Source: Malacoraja senta (lineage: Eukaryota). Taken from it: a DNA stretch of 64,000 nt. A model generated the notes under the pieces. The model did not search any database. It saw only the letters and a list, made by a program, of their open reading frames with translations, and was not told the DNA's origin. The stretch lies in NCBI GenBank assembly GCA_038087875.1, contig CM075991.1, positions 372,001-436,000 of the forward strand, read 5' to 3'. The translations under genes were made by a program, and so were the position numbers. Positions 1 through 13,200 of this stretch are shown here, in pieces. The first letter of the stretch is position 1. Every line of letters begins with the position of its first letter.

Positions 1-1933
1 AGCGCCGCCATTCATTGTGATCATGGCTGATCGTCCCATATCAATAACCCGTGCCTTCTCCCCATATCCCTTGACTCCACTAGCACCTAGAGCTCTATCT
101 AACTCTCTCTTAAATCCATCCAGTGATTTGGCCTCCACTGTTCTCCGTGACAGGGAATTCCATAAATTCACAACTCTCTGGGTGAAAACGTTTTTTCTCA
201 CCTCAGTCTTAAATGACCTCCCCGTTATTCAAAGACTGTGGCCCCTGGTTCTGGACTCGCCCAACTTTGGGAACATTTTTCCTGCATCTAGCTTGTCCAG
301 TCCTTTTATAATTTTATATGTTTCTATAAGATCCCCCTCATCCTTCTAAACTCCAGTGAATACAAGACTAGTCTATTCAATCTTTCCTCATATGACAGTC
401 CCGCCATCCCAGGGATCAATCTCGTGAACCTACGCTGCACTGCCTCAATCACAAGGATGTCCTTCCTCAAATTAGGAGACCAAAACTGTACACAATACTC
501 CAGATGTGGTCTCACCAGAGCCCTATACAACTGCAGAAGAACCTCTTTACTCCTATACTGAAATCCTCTTGTTATGAAGGCTTTCTTCACTGCCTGCTGT
601 ACCTGCACGCCAACTTTCAGTGACTGGTGTACAAGGACGCCCAGGTCTCTCTGCACCTCCCCCTTGCCTAACCTAACCCCATTGAGATAATAATCTGCCC
701 CCTTGTTTTTGCCGCCAAAGTGGATAACCTCACATTTATCTATATTATACTGCATCTCCCACGCATCTGCCCACTCACTCAACCTGTCCAGGTCACCCTG
801 CAACCTCCTAACATCCTCTTCACAGTTCACACTGCCACCCAGCTTTGTGTCATCCACAAACTTGCTAGTGTTGCTCCTAATTCCCTCTTCCAAATCATTA
901 ATATATATGGTAAACAGTTGCGGCCCCAACACCGAGCATTGCGACACTCCACTCGCCACTGCCTGCCATTCTGAAAAGGACCCGTTCACTCCTACTCTTT
1001 GCTTCCTGTCTGCCAACCAATTTTCTGCAGACCATCAGGCCCAGGGAATTTATCATCGTTCAGTCCCATTAGCCTACCCAATACTATTTCTCGCTGAATG
1101 AAAATTTCTTTCAGTTCCTCTACCCCCTTAGATCCTATGTCCTCCAGTACATCTGGGAGATTGTTTGTGTCTTCCTTAGTGAAGACAGATCCGAAGTACC
1201 TGTTCTACTCTTCAGCCATTTCATTGTTACCCATAATAATTTCACCCATGTCTGCATTCAAGGGACCCACATTTGACTTTGCTACTCTTTTTCCCTTAAC
1301 ATATCAAAAGAAGCTTTTACTGTCCTTCTTTATATTCCTGGCCAGCTTCCCTTCGTACTTCATCTTCTCAGCCCGTATTGCCTGTTTTGATTCCTTCTGT
1401 TGTCCTATGAAAGTTTCCCAATCCTCTGGCTTCCGGCTACTCTTTGCTGTGTTATACTATCCCTAACTTCTCTTGTCAGCCACGGTTGCTCCTACTCTTT
1501 GCTTCCGGTCTGCCAACCAATTTTCTATCCATGTCAACGCCATACCCCCAATACCATGTGCTCTAATTTTAGTCACCAGTCTCCCGTGTGGGACCTTATC
1601 AAAGGCTTTCTGAAAGTCTAGATACACTACATCCACTGGCACCACTTCATCCATTTTACTTGTCACATCCTCAAAAAATTCCAGAAGATTAGTCAAGCAT
1701 GATTTCCCTTTCATAAATCCATGCTGACTTGGACTAATCCTTTTACTGCTATCCAAATGCCCCATTATTACCTCTTTAATAATTGACTCCAGCATCTTTC
1801 CCACCAGGCTAACTGGTCTGTAATTCCCCGTTTTCTCTCTCGCTCCTTTCTTGAAAGGTGGGATAACATTAGCTATCCTCCAATCCACAGGAACTGATCC
1901 TGAATCTATTGAACATTGGAAAATGATCACCAA
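1..1933 (-). mobile_element. CR1 (HER1-like) LINE ORF2/3' region with shuffled internal block order
   Basis: ORFs carry YLDFQKAFDKVPH, SVLGPQLF, FVDDTKLGG and RPHLEYCVQFWSP. Confidence 0.92.
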
Positions 1934-1934
1934 T

Positions 1935-2312
1935 TACTCATGGAAAAAAACTGTTTTTATGTCTGGCTGTCGCAGCTTTGACAGTCCGGACTCGCCTTCC
2001 AGAGGGAAGTGATTCAAAGAGTTTGTGGCCAGGGTGAGAGGGGTCAGAGATGATCTTACCCGCTCGCTTCCTGGCCCTTGCAGTGTACAGTTCGCCAATG
2101 GAGGGAAGGTTGCAACCAATAACCTTCTCAGCTGATCGGACGATTCGCTGCAGCCTCCGAAGGTCGTTCTTGGCGGCTGAGCCAAACCAGACCATGATGG
2201 AGAAAGTGAGGACAGACTCTACAATGGCCGCAGAGAATTGGACCATCATTGCCTATGGCAGATTGTGCTTCCTCAGCTGCCGCAGGAAGTACATCCTCTG
2301 TTGTGCCTTTTT
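1935..2312 (-). mobile_element. Rex1/Babar-like LINE C-terminal fragment (a relative lies at 27470-28000, plus strand)
   Basis: ESVLTFSIMVWFGS...DPSHPGHKLFESLPSGRR...KNSFFP. Confidence 0.85.
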
Positions 2313-2553
2313 GTCTGTGGAGTCCAATCAACCAATTTACCGCCGATCCCACGTGACAATCATCTGGACCAGCCAACCACAGAGTACCTTGCCAGATGCT
2401 TTACTCAAGTCCATGTATACAATGTAAGACACCAAACACTTCCTCCTCCTTAATATCAAAATGAGGAAGGCGACATCACTGACAAAAGCCAGGGGAAGGC
2501 AGGTGCCAGTAGCTTGTGCTACAAAGCAGCAGCTTGTGCTGAGCCACACTTAC

Positions 2554-2649
2554 CTGCTGCTCCTGGTACTCTGCAAACTCGATTCCATATCTCTTCAGAA
2601 GCTCACCCTTCAACTGCTCCGCCTTCGGAAAGGCAATTTCTTTTAGTTT
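2554..2649 (-). CDS. STAMBP: STAMBP third coding exon (96 nt); the gene continues beyond the left window edge
   Basis: ttcttttcct[40 protein letters not shown], phase 0/0, in frame with the previous exon. Not visible in the ORF track; found by reading the minus strand. Confidence 0.95.
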
Positions 2650-3136
2650 CTAGGAAAAGAAAAACAAGATTCCGACACGTTACCTAATTTGGCATTCTGA
2701 TATCAATTGCCAATGTAGATTTAGCACAATGCTCAATTCAAAATCATTCACAATCTAACAATCACTGTGATAGTCAGAACGCTCCAGCACAAATTGTAAA
2801 CCAGGTTCTTGCCAGGGATTCCCTGACAGTTAAGTCCTCGCTTGCTCAGTGTGTGCTCACAAGCAGCAGAGAATCGAGTCTGAAGAAAAAGACCTGATCA
2901 GAAATATCACCTATCCATGTCCTCCAGAGATGCCGCCTGACCCGCTGAGTGACTCCAGCACTTTGTCTTTTGACCAAACGAGCCAGCCATTGTGCCCACC
3001 CTGCCCATGCTAGTTGAGAAAGGACTACCCAGTTTGTTGCCACAATCCTGCTCCAGGTTTGGACCCATGTTCATGGATCGTCAAGTGTACACAAAGCACT
3101 TTTTAAAACATGCTCCCTCCACCAGGCTTTCTGCAA

Positions 3137-3252
3137 GCACTGGGACATAGCATACAAAAGGAATGCTATGCATACACGCAGCACTGGGACATAGCATACA
3201 AAAGGAATGCTATGCATACACGCAGCACTGGGAAATAGCATACAAAAGGAAT
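3137..3252. repeat. 44-bp tandem repeat, about 2.6 copies
   Basis: gcactgggacatagcatacaaaaggaatgctatgcatacacgca at 3137 and 3181, partial at 3225. Confidence 0.9.
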
Positions 3253-3919
3253 TGTAATGGCACTCAGGGAGCAACAGCACCAATAGTGACAAAATGACTT
3301 GGGCATACTTTCATGCAAATGTCAAGCAGATTCAAGTCTGAATTTTTTTGAGGGTCAGAAGCTTAATCTGAGATAACAAAATGGAGGAGCTCCCCATGTC
3401 CAAACACCCTCCTCCGAATAAAGTTCTTATCAGATGCAATGAGATACCCAATGTATTATTCTCTGATCTGTCTAACATTTATACATATCTAATTCATGCT
3501 ACGATCCCTATTCCTGTAGTGAAGATCGAGTAGCAAGTTTGCTGACTACAAGTCTGTTTAAATGAAGGCAGAACTAATCAGCACAGCATCCATCTTACAG
3601 TAACATACAAGGTGGAAAATGCAGCTGATATGTTACTCTTCCAGTCTGCCAGAGGCAATTTCGGCAAGTTATTCAGTGGGGCACACGCCAATCTGTTTCC
3701 AGCCACTGATGGACGGGATTTCTTCTGGAGTGTTGGCGCTTCAGACAAGGGCATGGAGAATAGGTGGCACAGTGGCACAGCTGATAGAACTACTGCCTCA
3801 CAGTGCCAGAGACGTGTTTGATCCTGACCTCGGGTGCTGTCTGTGTGGAGTTTGTCGATCTCCGTGTGACTATGCGGGTTTCCTCCCATATCTCAAAGAC
3901 GTGCGGTTTTGTAGATTAG

Positions 3920-4655
3920 TCACATTTCACTACTTCCTTTTTTATCTGACACCTTTTGTCTCCTTTTCATCTCTGGCTTTTGTCCACCCATCTGCCAATT
4001 AAACCACCCTCACCTGTATCCACCTATCACTTAGGTAAACACAAACTGCTGGAGTGACTCAGCGGGACAGGCAGCATCTCTGGAGAGAAGGAATGGGTGA
4101 CGTTTCGGGTCGAGACCCTTCTTCAGACTGATGTCAGCGGAGTGGGCGGGACAGAGATAGAATGTAGTCGGAGACTGTAAGACTGGTGGGAGAACTGGGA
4201 AGGGGAAAGGGATGGGGATGGAGAGAGGGAAAGCGAGGGCTATTTAAAATTAGAGAAGTCAATGTTCATACAGCTGGGGTGTAAACTACCCAAGCGAAAT
4301 ATGAAGTGCTGGTCCTCCAATTTGCGCTGGGCCTCACTCTGACAATGGAGAAGGCCCAGGGCAGATGGATCAGATTGGGAATGGGAGGGGGAGTTAAAAG
4401 TGCCGAGCAACCGGGAATTCAGGTAGGTTAAGGCGGACTGAGCGGAGGTGTTCAGCGAAACGATCGCCGAGCCTGCGCTTGCTCTCGCCAATGTACAGAA
4501 GTTGACACCTGGAACAGCGGATACAGTAGATGAGGTTGGAGGAGGTGCAAGTGAACCTCTGCCTCACCTGCAAAGACTGTCGGGATCCTTGGATGTAGCC
4601 GAGGGGGGAGGTAAAGGGACAGGTGATGCATCTCCTGCGGTTGCTGGGGAAAGCA
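3920..4655 (-). mobile_element. Penelope 3' fragment (GIY-YIG C-terminus plus pLTR with hammerhead motif at about 4095-4130)
   Basis: LGLLHCQSEAQRKLEDQHFIFRLGSLHPSCMNIDFSNF; minus strand ctgaagaagggtctcgacccgaaacgtc. Confidence 0.85.
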
Positions 4656-5281
4656 CTTTATGTTTTACTCAAGTTTCCGGCATCTGCAGGTCCTTCGGTC
4701 TCCAATGTAGATGCAACCCTGGCATCTACCTGACAATATGGACGGTTTCACAGTCATGTCCTGTGATAACCGGCAGGCCAAATCCAATCCGGCTAGTTCT
4801 TCACAATTCTCTCAAGTGGCACATACTGACAAATACACCAGAGTCTGGGTTTTGCCAGACCACCTCACGGCCTTGATCCAGCATCTGAGTAAATTCCTCA
4901 AAAGGGTAACCAAATATATTGACCAGGATTTTAGTTTAATTACATATTACATATTAATGAATTGTTTTTATTTCAGTTTCGAGTATGTGGGATGGCACAA
5001 CTTGTAGAGGTGCTAACTCATAGTGCCAGAGACCCGGGTTCAATCCTGACTTCCGTGTGCTGCTTGTGTGGATCTTGCACATTCTCTCTGTGATCGCGTG
5101 GGATTCCTCCGGGTGTTCTGGTTTCCCCTCCCATCCCAAAGAGGTGTTGGTTTGTTAGTTAATTGCCCAAAGGTGTTGAGGGTGGGTGAGAAAGGCAGAA
5201 CTAGTATAGAACATAGAACAGGTGATCATGGATGGTTGGCATGGATTCGATGGGCTGAGGGTCATGCTTCCATGCGATCTA

Positions 5282-6375
5282 TCTATATTACTAAAAGTCT
5301 GATCTTGACCTCTTCCTGTTGTTCTATATATTGATTTTAGAAAAAACGCTGCCACTTACGGCTGTGATTTTTGGCCATCTTACTCAGAGTCCCCCTGAGT
5401 TCAAACCAGAGTTGGTTTGAAAATGCTAAAGTTGCCTTGCCTAATTGAAAAGTTGGGTTGAGAATGCTAAAGTTGCCTTGCCTAATTGAAAAGTTGGTTT
5501 GAGAATGCTAAAGTTGCCTTGCCTAATTGAAAAGCTGGTTTGAGAATGCTAAAGTTGCCTTGCCTAATTGAAAAGTTGATTTGAGAATGCCTTCCCTAAT
5601 TGAAAAGTTGGTTTGAGAATGCTAAAGTTGACTTGCCTAATTGAAAAGTTGGTTTGAGAATGCTAAAGTTGCCTTGCCTATTTGAAAAGATGGTTTGAGA
5701 ATGCAAAAGTTGCCTTGCCTAATTGAAAAGTTGGTTTGCGAATGCTCTGCCCAATTGAAAAGTTGATTTGAGAACTCCTTGCCTAATTGAAAAGTTGGTT
5801 TGAGAATGCTAAAGTTGCCTTGCCTAATTGAAAAGTTGGTTTGAGAATGCCTTGCCTAATTGAAAAGTTGGTTTGAGAATGCTAAAGTTGCCTTGCCTAA
5901 TTAACCTAGGCGGTGCTGGCTCGAAGGGCCGAATGGCCTCCTCCTGCACCTATTTTCTATGTTTCTATTCTAGGGGCTAGTGGAGTCAAGGGATATGGGG
6001 AGAAGGCAGGCACGGGTTATTGATAGGGGATGATCAGCCATGATCACAATGAATGGCGGTGCTGGCTCGAAGGGCCGAATGGCCTCCTCCTGCACCTATT
6101 TTCTATGTTTCTGTTTCTAATTGAAAAGTTGGTTTGAGATTGCTAAAGTTGCCTTGCCTAATTGAAAAGTTGGTTTGAGAATGCTAAAGTTGCCTTGCCG
6201 TCTATATAATTAAATGTCTAATCTTGACCACTTCCTGTTTGCACTGTATATTGATTTTAGGAAAAGCGCTACCACGTACGGCTGTGATATTTGGCCATCT
6301 TACTCAGAGTCCCCCTCCGCTCATCAGATGCCGAGGATTTTTCCCATTGATGAAAAATAAAAGAGTTATTAGTTA
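5282..6375 (+). mobile_element. Helitron-like non-autonomous element: two 5' ends (5282, 6201) bracketing a minisatellite
   Basis: a|TCTATATTACTAAAAGTC and TCTATATAATTAAATGTC starts resemble Helitron 5' termini and begin a ~115-bp direct repeat. No convincing 3' hairpin/CTRR was found. Confidence 0.5.
5405..6199. repeat. 41-bp minisatellite with shorter variants, interrupted by CR1 tail pieces at about 5908-6117
   Basis: Unit gcctaattgaaaagttggtttgagaatgctaaagttgcctt; period 41 (5411 to 5452); no unique spacers. Confidence 0.92.
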
Positions 6376-7309
6376 TCTACACCTCACGCTGCCTTGGCAC
6401 CAGCATAATCATGAACGAATCTCGTCCCGGACACTCTCTCCTCCCCTCTCACAGCAGGCACAGATGTGTGAAAACGCACACCTCCAGATTCAGGGACAGT
6501 GTCTTCCCAGCTGTTAATCAGGCAACATAACCATCCAATCACCGACTGTCTGACCATCTACCTCATTGGAGAACCTTGAACTATCTTTAATCGGACTTTA
6601 CCTTGCACTAAAACTTATTCCCTTCATCCTGTATCTGTACACTGTGGTTAGACCTTTAGTGTGTCGGGAATGGATGAGAAGGTGATATAACATAGAACTA
6701 GTGTGAACGGGAAATCGCTGGTCGACGTGGACACGGTGGGCCAACGGACCTGCATCCATGATGTATCTCTAAAGTGAACTAAACACTTGCGCAGAACCTG
6801 ACAAGGAAATATGTTCTTAGTCATTCATCGGCAGTGGGTGTAGCCCTATCCCACATAATGCACTCTGAGAATACCTTCACTGGAGGGACTGCAACAGATT
6901 CACAGTGGCTGACTACACATTCTTGTGGGCAATAACTGTCAGCAACACCAAAATTAAAAAAAATACTTTTTAATAATTAATTTCCTATTCCAATGGATTA
7001 GTTGTGATACAAAAATGTGAAGTAATTTCAAAGGGCCTGTCATAGTTAACCCCATTACCGTGGATCCGGGGCCAGAATGGGCAAATGTGCCATACATTGC
7101 CCAAGGGGCATTGATGAACCATACACCCACCACCCCTCCTCCTTCCCAACCCACTCCTCCCTCCCCACAACACTCCAAGGACCATTGATGAACCAAATAT
7201 CCACCAGCCCCTCCCAACCCACCCCACCCCAAGGGCCATTGGTGAACCAGAAAATAATGTTATTGCAATCTCATACTTTTGTGTTTTTCCTTATTTATCT
7301 TCGTTTTTT

Positions 7310-7620
7310 AGTTCAGAGATACAGCTCGGAAACAGGCCCTTCGGTCCACTGGGTCCGAGCCAACCAGCGTTCCCCACACATTAACATTATTCTACACACG
7401 CTGGGGACAATTTTTACATTTACTAAGCCAATTAACCTACAAATCTGTACATCTTTGGAGTGCGGGAGGAAACCAAAGATCTCGGAGAAAACCCACGCGG
7501 TCACGGGGAGAACGTACAAACTCCGTACAGACAGCGCCCGTAGTCGGGATCGTACCCGGGTCTCCGGCGCTGCATTCGCCGTAAGGCAGCAACTCTACTG
7601 CTGTGCCCCCATGACTGCCC
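7310..7620 (-). mobile_element. tRNA-derived V-SINE (HE1-like); other copies near 3762-3920(+), 4990-5280(+), 9855-10130(-), 40965-41260(-) and 49432-49658 plus 51671-51720(+)
   Basis: tRNA-like head with A/B boxes (ggcacagcggtagagttgctgcc...cccgggttcgatcc), V-domain-type core gagtttgtacgttctccccgtgaccgcgtgggttt and CR1-like tail gggccgaagggcctgtttcc. Confidence 0.8.
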
Positions 7621-10160
7621 TGAGGCCAACTTATTGAGGCCAACTTACTTATTAAAATAAAAGTCTGCAGTAATTGGATTTGAATTCCACTTCTGCGCAT
7701 CTGCGTTACAAATCTAGAATCTTAGCCACTGCAGCTCCAGCACATCCTAAAGGCCTTGTATCTAGCATTTAATAGAGCTGTGCAACATAGAAACAGGCTC
7801 AATCTGTCCGTGCAGACCAAATTGGCATATTGGGCTAGTCCCATTGATCTGTATGTGGCCAATTACCCTGGAAAACCATTTCTACCCATCTATGTATCCA
7901 AATGTATTTTAAAGTCAGAACTGTATCCTCTTATATGGTTAATGTAGATAAGACAAGATAAGACAGGATAAAAGCGCAGCAAGTTTTGTTCCAATCACAA
8001 CCAAACACTTCATCCATCCTCAACTCCTCAAAAGCTGATATCAATAAAAGGCACGGATTAACTTCCACATGAAACTGCCAGAAATAATTCAGTCATCAAT
8101 ATGTTGCATGACACTTGAGTCGTAGAACATGCAAACAGGCCCGTAACCCACCATGTGATGCCTAAACCAAAACCTCTAGTTTTAAAAAGAGAAAGTGCTG
8201 GAGTAACTCATTTGGAGTAAGGCAGCACCTCTCGAGAAAGTGAATAATTGTTCTCCAGAGATGCTGCTTGACCCGCTGAGCTACTCTTGCACTTTGTGTC
8301 TTCCTATTTTTTTGTAAAGCCACATCTGCAGTTCCTCCTTTCTACCCTCTAGTTTTAGATACCTCATCTAAAGTGAAAATGCTTATGTTATCTGCCCTAT
8401 CTATGCCCCACATGTACTCCTCTGCTTGGTCCTCCTTCAGCCTTTGCTCCAAGAAAAAACAAACACAGACTATCTGGTACTATCAAGCAGCTACAACTGT
8501 CTGTACAGTCCACATATTTAATATTGGCCTTAAGTACACCCTTTGCTTAATCTATTGTACTTGTGTTTAAACTGATTGTATCGATGTACGATATATCTGA
8601 TGTGTTTGGACAGCATGCAAAACAAAGCAAAATAAACCTAAATCCAAATACTAATGCAGGCTGTTCGATGTGCAAAAGACAAGGTTTTTAAACATCTTTG
8701 AACATGAAGAAAGACTGAACATTTGTCCAGCACGACAGAACCTGCCTGCTGCTGGAATGAAATGAGAATCAGGCCTAGAGAGCTCTTCACCGATGACATC
8801 CCCACATTTGAGATTTTAATGTGATAGGATAAGAAAATCCAATACTCCCAGACGCTGTTGCAGCTCACAAACCCACATGAGGAAGAGGCTCCATAGTTTC
8901 CTGGGTGGGTCAGTATTACCAAGGCCAGGGGCACATTTCCAGTTACCCAACTGTGGTCACAGTTTAGTTTAGTTTAGTATAGATTGGTTCCAAGAATGTG
9001 CCGCGTGTGGCAGCCTCGCCAACTTTTGTTATTTTTAGTGTGTCCTAGTGTATGTGTTAGTGTCTCCCAGTGTGCCTTATGCCGGGGGTGCTGGCAGGGG
9101 TGTGGGGGAAACCATTTCCAGTCACCTACCTCGGCGGCGATGCGACTTCTCTCCATGTCGCATTTTCGTCCCCCTCACGGCCTATCAACTGGATTGGTGT
9201 GGCCTTCCCGACCGGATACCGGCCCAGAGCCTAGAGCTTCAGCAGGGGGCGCAGTGTGGACTTCAACATCGCAAAGCTCCAGTGTTGGAGCTCCGACCAC
9301 GGGGTCCTGCTTGAACACCGTGGAGCTCAGTCTGTGGAGCTTCTAGCCACGGACGCGGCACGGACTTTACCACCATGGAGCTTCCTGCGACCTTTCGCCA
9401 AGGATCGCCTGAAGAGGTGCTCCTACCGCTGGGCCTGTGGACTTGGCATTGTGAAGCTGTGGTCTCCGGCAGGAAGCAGCCGATTCGGGAATTCCGAGCC
9501 GCGGGGTGCTCCGATCCGTCCCGACGTCAGAGTTTCCATCATCCCAGCTAGAGGGCCTATACATCGGGCCGTCCGTAGCGGCGACTGCGGAGGGTGCAAG
9601 GCCCCAACCACGGGTCCACAGAACGAGGAAGACTGACTGAACTTTTGTGCATTCCAACACAGCGGGAAGTGCTGGTCCCACTGTGGTGGATGTTTTATGT
9701 TTAGTGTTTATTTTCTGTCGTGTATTGTGTACTTTATTTCTTGCTGGGACTGCGCATCCTCCCAGCTTACCCTTGAGCAAAACTGCAAAATGCAGATGGC
9801 ACCACTCAACCTCGGTTGGAGTGAAAGCGACTTAATGTAATGTAATGTAATGTAGTTTAGAGATACAGCATGGAAACAGGCTCATTAGCCAACCATATCC
9901 GCTCTGACCAACAATCACCCTTACACTCGTTCTATCCTACATGCTGGGGGCAATTTACAGAAGCCTATTCACCAACAAACTGCACGCCCTTGGAATGTGG
10001 GAGGAAACTGGAGAACGGGGGGAAAACCCACGTGCTCACAGGGAGAATGTGCAAACTCCACATGCACCATCCGTAGTCAAGATTGAACCCAGGTCCTTGG
10101 CATTGTAAGGCAGCAACTCAACTCTGTGCAATCAAGCACCAAAGGAAGAGATTCACTTAC

Positions 10161-10236
10161 TTTTACAGTTTCCTTTTTTTCTGGTATGACAATGGTTTTA
10201 TAATCCCGGTGTTTAGGTACCTTTTCCAAGAACAAC
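10161..10236 (-). CDS. STAMBP: STAMBP second coding exon (76 nt)
   Basis: ctgtgcAG|G TTG TTC... gives (T)[25 protein letters not shown], then GTAAGT. The phase completes the AC+G Thr codon left by the previous exon. Confidence 0.95.
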
Positions 10237-13200
10237 CTGCACAGTAAGTTGAAAAACAAGAATGACTTAGTGGAAGCAGGAGAATGAAAGAAGTAAATGC
10301 ACACAAAGTGGTATGGCAGCAACACAAGTACAACAGTGATCTGCATTTCCTTTCAACTGTACCTATAACTACAGTAAAATCTGTACGTTTGTGATACAAA
10401 TAACTTGTGTGGCCATATTTTCCAAATAATCTCTGGGTATGTTGCTGCTGAACTTACTGCATTCTTGCCTCCTTGTCACCAGATGTCCGTCCCATTGTGC
10501 AGCACATGAGCAACACCCGGGAGGGCGGGACTGTCATATGATGAAAGAATGGAGCGAATGGGCTTGTATTCACTGGAATTTAGAAGGATCAGAGGGGATC
10601 TTACAGAAACATATACAATTATTAAGGGATTGGACACGCTAGATGCAGGAAACATGTTCCCGATGTTGGGGGAGTCCAGAACCAGGGGCCACAGTTTAAG
10701 AATAGGGGTAGGCCATTTAGAACTGAGATGAGGAAAAACTTTTTCACACAGAGAGTTGTGAATTTGTGGAATTCTCTGCCTCAGAAGGCAGTACAGGCTG
10801 ATTCACTGGATGCATTCAAAAGAGATAGAGCTCTTAGGGTTAGCAGAATCAAGGGATATGGGGAGAAGGCAGGAATGGGGTACTGATTGTGGATGATCAG
10901 CCATGATCACATTGAATGGCAGTGGTGGCTCGAAGGGACGAATGGCCTACTCCTGTACCTATTGTCTATGTATATATCCCTTCTCTTGAGATGCTGCCTG
11001 TCCCGATGAGTTACTCCAACATTTTGTATCAATCTACCATCTTTCACATGCTCTGTTAACCCAAAGCCCAATCTGCCCGCAGGCAGATAACAGAGACTCT
11101 AAGACATTACTTTGAGGAAGAGAGGAGAGTCGGTTCAGTATTCGAGGCACTCAATATAGAAACATAGAAAATAGGTGCAGGAGGACGCCATTCGGCCCTT
11201 TGAGCCAGCACCGCCATTCATTGCGATCATGGCTGATCGTCCCCAATGAATAACCCGTGCCTGCCTTCTCCCCATATCCCTTGATTCCACTAGCCCCTAG
11301 AGCTCTATCTAACTCTCTCTTAAATCCATCCAGTGATTTGGCCTCCACTGCCCTCCACAGCACTCTGTGGCAGGGAATTCCACAAATTCACAACTCTCTA
11401 GGTGAAAAAGTTTGTTCTCATCTCAGTCTTAAATGGTCTCCCCTTTATTCTTAGACTGTGGCCCCTGGTTCTGGACTCACCCAACATTGGGAACATTTCC
11501 TGCATCTAGCTTGTCCAGTCCTTTTATAATTTTATATGTTTCTATAAGATTCCACCTCATCCTTCTAAACTCCAGTGAATACAAGCCCAGTCTTTTCAAT
11601 CTTTCCTCATATGACAGTCCCGCCATCCCAGGGATCAATCTTGTGAACCTACGCTGCACTGCCTCAATCACAAGGATGTTCTTCCTCAAATTAGGAGACC
11701 AAAACTGTACGCAATACTCCAGATGTGGTCTTACTAGAGCCCTATACAACTGCAGAAGAACCTCTCCTATACTGAAATCCTCTTGTTATGAAGGCCAACA
11801 TTCCATTAGCTTTCTTCACTGCCTGCTGTACCTGCACGGCAACATTCCGTGACCGGTGTACAAGGACACCAAGGTCACCTCCCCTTTATCTAACCTAACC
11901 CCATTGAGATAATAATCTGCCCCCTTGTTTTTGCCACCAAAGTGGATAACCTCACATTTATCTATATTATACTGCATCTGCAACCCATCTGCCCACTCAC
12001 TCAACCTGTCCAGGTCACCCTGCAACCTCCTAACATCCTCTTCACAGTTCACACTGCCACCCAGCTTTGTGTCATCCGCAAACTTGCTAGTGTTGCACCT
12101 AATTCCCTCTTCCAAATCATTAATATATATGGTAAACAGTTGCGGCCCCAACACCGAGCCTTGTGGCACTCCACTCACGACTGCCTGCCATTCTGAAAAG
12201 GACCCGTTCACTCCTACTCTTTGCTTCCTGTCTGCCAACCAATTTTCTACCCTACCATGTGCTCTAATTTTAGTCATCAGTCTCCCGTGTGGGACATCAT
12301 CAAAGGGTTTCTGAAGGTCTAGATACACTAGATCCACGGGCTCCCCTTCATCCATTTTACTTGTCACATCCTCAAAAAATTCCAGAAGATTAGTGAAGCA
12401 TTTTCCTTTCATAAATCCATGCTGACTTGGACTAATCCTTTTACTGCTATCCAAATGCCCCATTATTACCTCTTTAATAATTGACTCCAGCAGCTTTCCC
12501 ACCACCGAAGTCAGGCTAACTGGTCTGTAATTCCCTGTTTTCTTTCTCGCGCCTTTCTTGAAAAGTGTGATAACATTAGCTATCCTCCAATCCACAGGAA
12601 CTGATCCTGAATCTATTGAACATTGGAAAATGATCACCAATGCGTCCACTATTTCTGGAGGCACCTCCCTGAGGACCCTGGGATGCAGTCCATCAGGCAC
12701 CGGGAATTTATCATCCTTCAGTCCCATTAGCCTACCTAATACTATTTCTTGCCTAATGAAAATTACTTTCAGTTCCTCGACCCCCTTAGATCCTCTGTCC
12801 TCCAGTACTTTTGGGAGATTGTTTGTGTCTTCCTTAGTGAAGACAGATCCGAAGTACCTGTTCACCTCTTCTGCCATTTCCTTGTTCCCCATTATAATTT
12901 CACCCGTGTCTGCCTTCAAGGGACCCACATTTGACTTTGCTATTCTTTTTCCCTTAACATATCTAAAGAAGCTTTTACTGTCCTTCTTTATATTCCTGGC
13001 CAACTTCCCTTCGTACTTCATCTTTTCAGCCCGTATTGCCCGTTTTGTTTCCTTCTGTTGTCCTATGAAAGTTTTCCAATCCTCTGGCTTACGGCTACTC
13101 TTTGCTGTGTTATACATCTTTTCTTTTAGTTTTATTCTATCCCTAACTTCTCTTGTCAGCCACAGTTGCCTCCTACTCCCCTTAGAATCTTTCTTCCTTT

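Noticed and set aside
3762..3835. tRNA gene
   Set aside because: The tRNA-like head runs directly into a V-SINE body and recurs in many decayed copies.
5405..6199. CRISPR-like array
   Set aside because: The units are contiguous with no unique spacers, there are no cas genes, and the context is a vertebrate intron. It is a minisatellite.
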